NCBI GenBank assembly: GCA_965369655.1
Contig: CBDUQR010000005.1
Location: forward strand, 1 to 64,000
Direction of reading: 5' to 3'
DNA length: 64,000 nucleotides
Source of the DNA: an uncultured bacterium
Lineage (GTDB): Bacteria > Zixibacteria > MSB-5A5 > JAABVY01 > JAHJOQ01
Numbering within the stretch: position 1 is the stretch's first letter; each line of letters opens with the position of its first letter. Shown here one piece after another: positions 58,518 to 64,000 of the stretch. The notes under the pieces are model-generated. The model made no database searches, was not told the origin of the DNA, and saw only the letters and a list, made by a program, of their open reading frames with translations. A program made the translations under genes and the position numbers.

Positions 58518-59960
58518 CTATGCACCAACCTTTATCTGTCTGAATCTGCATGGCGAAGTACCCTGCGCTGTCCGCCCATTCTGGGAGGGCTGTCCCTTGC
58601 CGCAATTCGGCGTGCCCCAGAGCTTCCAGAGCGATTTGTCGCCTATCGAGTCGCATGAATTCCAGAACTTGACCGTGTTGCTCGAATAGGTCGGACGCTT
58701 GACCATATCGCCGAGTTTCCCGCCTTTGATTTCCCAGCCGATCTCGCAGCCGAGTTGAAAACTATCGCGCTCATCATCGATCGACCAACTCTCGACGGTC
58801 TCCATGTAGATACCATCATCGATGCCGCCGATCAGTTCATCGAAAGCCGAATCCCCCGGTTCGAGAATGACATTCGTGATGCGCACAATCGGCGGATTCC
58901 GCCATCCGTCGGCCATACACGCGCCTGACGATGATCTGCCGATCCTGGCCGCGCTCGCGCGATTCGAGAGATAGCCGACGAGTAATCCGTCACGAACCAA
59001 GTCGACCCTGTGCGATTTCACGCCTTCATCGTCGTATCCCCACGTTGCCAGACCGCCGGGGTGAGTTGTGTCAGACACGAAGCTGACAATGGGCGACGCG
59101 TATTGCAACACATCGAGCTTGTCTGTTGTGGCAAACGATGTCCCGCTGAAATTCCGTTCCGAGCCGAACACGCGATCGAGCTCAAGAGCATGACCGACCG
59201 ATTCGTGAATCTGGAGCGACACCTGATCGCCCGACAGCACGATATCATACACGCCGGACGGGCACTCTTTCGCGGTCATCATTGCCACAGCCTGTTCGGC
59301 AATCCTCGGGAGGTTCTCCTCGAATCCGATTTCATCAATCAGTTCATAGCCTTTCGCCATGTATTGTCCGGACGAACTCGGGAACGATCTCTCGCTCCGA
59401 TCGTGACGCGATTTCACAACTCCGCACGACGCTCCCGCGCCGGTGTGCAGAAGTTCCTGTTCAATCTTAGATCCCTCGGACGATACAAACAGCTTGCTGA
59501 TTCGCCTGAAATCCATGAAGCAGTTCGACGAGGTTATACCCTCCTGCGCGCGCATTATCGCATCGTAGCTTTTCAGTCGGTCAATTTTCTCTGCGAGCGA
59601 AATCTCGAAAGGATCGATCCTGAAAGGCGTGACATAACGATCTTTAGCCGATTCGATTGGCGCCAGTTCGATCCTGCGGTCGTTGATCTTAGCCGACGTC
59701 TTCGCGATCTCCACCGCCAGCCGCGCCGCATTGCGCACCGATTCTTCGGTCAACTCATTGCTCGCCGCAAATCCCCACGCACCATCGGCAATTACGCGAA
59801 CGCCGAATCCGGCCGACAGATTGCGGTCGAGCAAGCCCGGCTTTGAATCCGAGACATCGACGCTCTCCGTGCGAGTCTCGACGAACCTGAAATCTGCGTA
59901 TGAAGCACCCTGCTTCGTGGCGATGTCTATGGCGAGATGAGCAAGCTTCTCAAACTGCAT
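58518..59960 (-). CDS. tldD: TldD metalloprotease
   Basis: GFGVRVIADGAWGFA, QIHESVGHALELD (HExxxH), DDEGV, NCGKGQP. Confidence 0.93.
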   Translation of the reverse strand: MQFEKLAHLAIDIATKQGASYADFRFVETRTESVDVSDSKPGLLDRNLSAGFGVRVIADGAWGFAASNELTEESVRNAARLAVEIAKTSAKINDRRIELAPIESAKDRYVTPFRIDPFEISLAEKIDRLKSYDAIMRAQEGITSSNCFMDFRRISKLFVSSEGSKIEQELLHTGAGASCGVVKSRHDRSERSFPSSSGQYMAKGYELIDEIGFEENLPRIAEQAVAMMTAKECPSGVYDIVLSGDQVSLQIHESVGHALELDRVFGSERNFSGTSFATTDKLDVLQYASPIVSFVSDTTHPGGLATWGYDDEGVKSHRVDLVRDGLLVGYLSNRASAARIGRSSSGACMADGWRNPPIVRITNVILEPGDSAFDELIGGIDDGIYMETVESWSIDDERDSFQLGCEIGWEIKGGKLGDMVKRPTYSSNTVKFWNSCDSIGDKSLWKLWGTPNCGKGQPSQNGRTAQGTSPCRFRQIKVGA

Positions 59961-60033
59961 GCGACCATTCTACGTCGAGAGAGTCAAAAAAACAAGTGAA
60001 AGCTTTTTGTGCGAGTCAGGATTATGCGAGCCA

Positions 60034-60912
60034 TCAGACGACGGCATGCAGCAGAACGGCGATTATGGTAATCAGCGATGCAGTAAATATACACGTTCGG
60101 GCGGTTCCGGCTAAAATAAGATTCCCCGTATCAGTTCCGGAAAACGCTGACCCTTTGAGCAGGAACGTCATGACAATCCAGATCACGACTGCGACTTCGA
60201 GAAGAGTATCACCGGGATCGAATGACCCGAACGGCCAACCGCCCCAGCCGTGCGGACCATGCACTCGTCGCTGTAGCATCGCGCTGAATAATACGTTCGC
60301 CAGCAGGAAAATCGCCGTCCAGAAAGATTGCTTCCCGATCAGGATCATTGCTGCGGGACGTTTCACGATCTCGAAACAAGTGAAAAAAGCGAGCAGCACA
60401 GCAAGGATGACCATTCCCCGGCTCAACTTCTGAAGGAGAAGGAGCCAGATCGGAGCGATCTCCTCGAATCTGATCGAGAAAAAATCTCCGCCGTCATCCT
60501 CAGCCGGGAGAGTAAGAAGCACCTTTTCATTTATCCCTTCGACCTTGAAGTAGTACAGCGCAGTGGTTCCGGTCGGGTGTAACTGCATCGTAGCTTCATA
60601 ATCGTCGATAGCCTCATCGGCCAGCTTCGCTTCAATCGCTGCAAACTCAACACTCGTGTCCGCCTCGACTGCCGACCTGGTCATCAGAAATACTCTGAAA
60701 ATCCGCGGCGGCAGCGAAGTTGTCACCCGTACGGTGAGCTTGGGAGGAAATTCCTGACCGCGATGCACCGGTCGGACATCATGCAGCATACGAATGCCGT
60801 CGTCGGCAGATTCGACAGTTCTGGAATCGCGATGTGACCTGTGAATCAGTTCAGAAGTGACGACAAGCGCGCAAGTGAGGAGAATAGCGGCTGCGATCTT
60901 CCATGTGCTCAA
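60034..60912 (-). CDS. Hypothetical membrane protein (periplasmic domain plus four TM helices)
   Basis: 292-aa ORF with N-terminal TM, GWGGWPFG and C-terminal hydrophobic helices. Confidence 0.7.
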   Translation of the reverse strand: MSTWKIAAAILLTCALVVTSELIHRSHRDSRTVESADDGIRMLHDVRPVHRGQEFPPKLTVRVTTSLPPRIFRVFLMTRSAVEADTSVEFAAIEAKLADEAIDDYEATMQLHPTGTTALYYFKVEGINEKVLLTLPAEDDGGDFFSIRFEEIAPIWLLLLQKLSRGMVILAVLLAFFTCFEIVKRPAAMILIGKQSFWTAIFLLANVLFSAMLQRRVHGPHGWGGWPFGSFDPGDTLLEVAVVIWIVMTFLLKGSAFSGTDTGNLILAGTARTCIFTASLITIIAVLLHAVV

Positions 60913-60967
60913 CGCCCCGTATCTCCCTGCGTGTTGAAAAACGCCGTGACAAGTATTGCCCGCAGAT

Positions 60968-61066
60968 TCGTCATCACGAGGAGCGTTAGCGACGTGGTGA
61001 TCTCAGTTCTTGTAGTGCGCGACCTGACTTGAGATTGCCACGCTCCTTTCAGTCGCTCGCAATGAC
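60968..61066. repeat. Inverted pair of GTCATTGCGAG..GCAATCTC-type palindromic repeats
   Basis: TCGTCATCACGAGGAGCGTTAGCGACGTGGTGATCTC ... GAGATTGCCACGCTCCTTTCAGTCGCTCGCAATGAC. A degenerate copy lies at about 50872-50915. Confidence 0.75.
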
Positions 61067-61120
61067 GGCGAATTCCAAAAGTAATTCGATACACCATGTC
61101 AATCACCTTTATCAACACAC

Positions 61121-62227
61121 TCATCCCTGCCGGGCGTTTTCGATCTCATGATCCTGCTGTGACAGCTTCAGCTTCTCCTGCTGATCGGCCAGACTCAGCG
61201 CGTCGATGACCTGCTGCAACTCTCCCTGCAGAATGGCATCGAGCTGGTGGACCGTCAGGCCGATTCTGTGGTCAGTCACGCGCCCCTGCGGGAAATTATA
61301 CGTGCGGATCTTGGCCGATCTGTCGCCGGTCGAAACCATCGATTTCCGCTGGTCGGCGATTTCCTTGTGCTGCTGCTGCTGTGCCTGTTCGAGGAGTCGC
61401 GCGCGAAGTACCTTCATTGCTTTGTTCTTGTTCTTCAACTGCGATTTCTCGTCCTGGCAGGTAACGACCAGACCTGTCGGAACGTGGGTAATCCGAACTG
61501 CGGAATCGGTCGTGTTTACCGACTGCCCGCCCGGACCGGTCGATCTGAAAACATCGACCTTAAGATCGTTCGGACTGATTCGGATATCGATTTCCTCAGC
61601 TTCAGGCAGCACGGCAACCGACGCAGCCGACGTGTGAATGCGTCCCGATGACTCAGTCACCGGTACCCTCTGCACCCTGTGAACGCCCGATTCATATTTC
61701 AGCTTGCCGTAAGCGCCTTTTCCCGTAATGAGGAAAATGATCTCTTTGAAACCGCCGACTCCTGTCGGATGCGACGACAGAGGTTCGAGCTTCCATCCCA
61801 TTCTATCTGAGTAACGGCTGTACATCCGGTACAGATCGGCTGCGAACAGGGCGGCTTCATCGCCACCGGTACCTGCGCGAATCTCCAGGACGGTATTGCG
61901 CGAATCATTCGGATCACGCGGCACAAGGAGGAGCTTCAGCTCCTCTTCAAGTGATTCTTTTTTCGGATAGAGTTCTTCGAGCTCGGCCCGCGCAAGTTCG
62001 GCAATTTCTTTATCCTCGCCGGAGTCTCGAAGCTCTTCGTTCTCTTCGATCTGCCGAGCGAGCTTCCTGTAACGAATACCGACCTCGACCATCTCAGAGA
62101 GGTCGCGGTGTTGCTTGGAGATGTCGCGAAGAGCCTTGAGATCGTTAATGACTTCAGGAGAGGCCAGCTTCTCGGTCAATTCGGCGAGCTTCGCTTCGAG
62201 CTTTTCGACAACCTCGGTCAATCCCAT
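61121..62227 (-). CDS. prfA: Peptide chain release factor 1
   Basis: [22 protein letters not shown] (PxT motif), [15 protein letters not shown]. Confidence 0.97.
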   Translation of the reverse strand: MGLTEVVEKLEAKLAELTEKLASPEVINDLKALRDISKQHRDLSEMVEVGIRYRKLARQIEENEELRDSGEDKEIAELARAELEELYPKKESLEEELKLLLVPRDPNDSRNTVLEIRAGTGGDEAALFAADLYRMYSRYSDRMGWKLEPLSSHPTGVGGFKEIIFLITGKGAYGKLKYESGVHRVQRVPVTESSGRIHTSAASVAVLPEAEEIDIRISPNDLKVDVFRSTGPGGQSVNTTDSAVRITHVPTGLVVTCQDEKSQLKNKNKAMKVLRARLLEQAQQQQHKEIADQRKSMVSTGDRSAKIRTYNFPQGRVTDHRIGLTVHQLDAILQGELQQVIDALSLADQQEKLKLSQQDHEIENARQG

Positions 62228-63180
62228 CAGTCTTCGACCGCAATCTTTGCGGGGGCCTCTTCCATTCTCAGGGCACTCTTAAGCGCGGCGATAGCGACTT
62301 CGAGTTGATCGAGCGTCGGTTCTCTCGTCGTCAATGCCTGAAGCCAGAGGCCGGGAGCGATGAAGAACTTCGTCACCTTGCTTTCCCTCGTCCTGCCGGA
62401 CAGCTTGAGCAACTCATACGATGCACCTGCCACAAGCGGCAACAGACTGAAGTGAATGAGGAAACGTGTCAGCAACGTAGGCGGAGCGCCGGTGATGATC
62501 GCATATAGCGTGTCTGAGACACTGTAGACGATAATGGCAAGTATTGCCACGATGAGCACGAAGCTGGTGCCGCATCTCGGATGCCGCGTCGTGAATGTCT
62601 GCGCAAGTTCGGGCGTAAGATTCTTGCCGCTCTCGTATGCCCAGATCGACTTGTGCTCGGCGCCGTGATACTGGAACACCCGCTTGAAATCCTTGAAGAA
62701 CGAAATCCCCCAGATATACCCGAGGAACATCAGCACCCGGATTATACCGGCAACGAGGTTGAACGATAGCGCATCCTTCTTGATATGAAGAAGTGAGGAG
62801 AACCAGAGTGGGAGAAAGAAAAACACACCGATACCGATTGCCATCGCCACGACCACTGTCAACAGGAGCATCAGGCTCATTGAACTCGATGGCTTGCCGT
62901 CTTCGGATGCCTTCCCCTCCTGGATGTCGACGTCCATTGCGGCGATTTCCGCAGAGAAGTTCAGGGATTTGATGCCGATTGCGAGCATCTCCACAAACGT
63001 GACCACCCCTCGCACGATCGGCAATCCGAGAAACTTGTTTCGTTTCGAGAGCGGCACGAAGTCATTGTTCCTGACCTTGATCGTGCCATCGATACGCCTG
63101 ACGGCGGTCGAGATGCGGTCGGTGGAGCGCATCATCACACCCTCAATTACCGCCTGTCCGCCAACACTCAGATCCGGCAT
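62227..63180 (-). CDS. DUF1385 (YqhQ-like) membrane protein
   Basis: [42 protein letters not shown]. Confidence 0.92.
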   Translation of the reverse strand: MPDLSVGGQAVIEGVMMRSTDRISTAVRRIDGTIKVRNNDFVPLSKRNKFLGLPIVRGVVTFVEMLAIGIKSLNFSAEIAAMDVDIQEGKASEDGKPSSSMSLMLLLTVVVAMAIGIGVFFFLPLWFSSLLHIKKDALSFNLVAGIIRVLMFLGYIWGISFFKDFKRVFQYHGAEHKSIWAYESGKNLTPELAQTFTTRHPRCGTSFVLIVAILAIIVYSVSDTLYAIITGAPPTLLTRFLIHFSLLPLVAGASYELLKLSGRTRESKVTKFFIAPGLWLQALTTREPTLDQLEVAIAALKSALRMEEAPAKIAVED

Positions 63181-63225
63181 GCCCGTCCTCTGGTAAAACC
63201 GTTTGAGTCAAATGAGTCCAAATAG

Positions 63226-63262
63226 AAAAAGGCGGCTCTCCGCAGAGCAGAGATACGCCGCC
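63226..63262 (-). terminator. Probable terminator after rpmE
   Basis: AGGCGG...CCGCCTTTTT on the minus strand. Confidence 0.6.
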
Positions 63263-63274
63263 TGAATAAACTAT

Positions 63275-63511
63275 CTAAGACTCTTTGTCCGCCTCGGACT
63301 TCTTGTCCTTGTCGACCAGATTGTACTTGCGCATGTAACGTTCAACCCGACCTGCCGTATCCACCAGTTTCTGTTTGCCGGTGAAGAACGGATGGCAGGC
63401 GGAACATATTTCGACCTTGATCTCTTTCATTGTCGATCGAGTCTCGAAACTGTTCCCGCACGCACATGACACAGTAGCTTTCTGATACTTGGGATGAATT
63501 TTCGCCTTCAC
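63275..63511 (-). CDS. rpmE: 50S ribosomal protein L31 (zinc-binding type)
   Basis: [33 protein letters not shown]. Confidence 0.97.
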   Translation of the reverse strand: MKAKIHPKYQKATVSCACGNSFETRSTMKEIKVEICSACHPFFTGKQKLVDTAGRVERYMRKYNLVDKDKKSEADKES

Positions 63512-63780
63512 AAATAACTCCCGAAAAAATTTCAGTCTAATCTATTTCATTTTCGGCAGAAATCAAGCCTTTTGTGTCCAATCAACTCTAACTTCCGTGC
63601 GCAGCTATGGTTCCCGGCAACAGTCGATTATCTCAAAAACTCTGCGATGTGCGAAGCAATGGCGGAAATCATGGCAGAGAGTGGATATACTGAACAGATA
63701 TTCAAAGAGCCGGGGCAGTTCCATATCGAGAAATTCTGGTAGAGGATCGGCTCAACCGACGATATTCCTGCCGCAATTGA

Positions 63781-63941
63781 CTGTCCCTCAGGATCCCCTC
63801 GCGGATCGGGGTACAAGAGGACGGGATCGGCGACCGAAAAATGGAAGCAATATCTGGCAACAGCTTGCAGAAGATCGCCAGGTCACACCGACGACTCCGT
63901 CGCCGCCAAGACCCGGCGAAACTACCTTTTGGGACAGCCTG
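63781..63941 (-). mobile_element. Partial inverted copy of the 50433-50817 MITE-like element, uninterrupted
   Basis: Reverse complement AGGCTGTCCCAAAAGGTAGTTTCGCCGGGTCTTGGCGGCGACGGAGTCGTCGGTGTGACCTGGCGATCTTCTGCAAG... matches 50434-50500 joined to 50641-50749. Confidence 0.8.
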
Positions 63942-64000
63942 TGTACCTGACATCCTTGTTGTTTCGTGAGCGGCAGAAGTCCTCGCAAAGTCCTGAGTCT

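Overview
Bacterial chromosomal window, about 54% GC by eye. The secreted-protein architecture (peptidase C25 with a dockerin tail, FlgD-Ig/T9SS-like C-terminal tails) resembles the FCB group, for example Zixibacteria, which is an inference. Contents: a 1733-aa gingipain-like protease, an M16 peptidase pair, and a 13-kb minus-strand energy operon (cDPGS-like/arginine synthetase, arcC, CCA/HD, sucCD, korDABC, ndk, LarA-family racemase, mdh, icd) behind a sigma70 promoter with a Rex/CRP-type palindrome. Also present: tgt-yajC-def-fmt-rng, ppiD, two paralogous cohesin-like/FlgD-tail genes, a GH35 enzyme, HtrA, a sigma70 factor, an ECF envelope-stress operon, a four-gene microcompartment module (BMC-H, BMC-P, PduS-like, PduT-like), and rpmE-DUF1385-prfA...prmC interrupted by tldD-tldE and a small Tat peptide. 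Intergenic DNA is unusually rich in nested palindromic elements: REPs, a RAYT remnant, MITE-like elements, and short modules inserted into hairpin loops. Two genes carry single in-frame stop codons. No rRNA, tRNA or CRISPR array was recognised. All family assignments come from motif recognition by eye, with no database searches.
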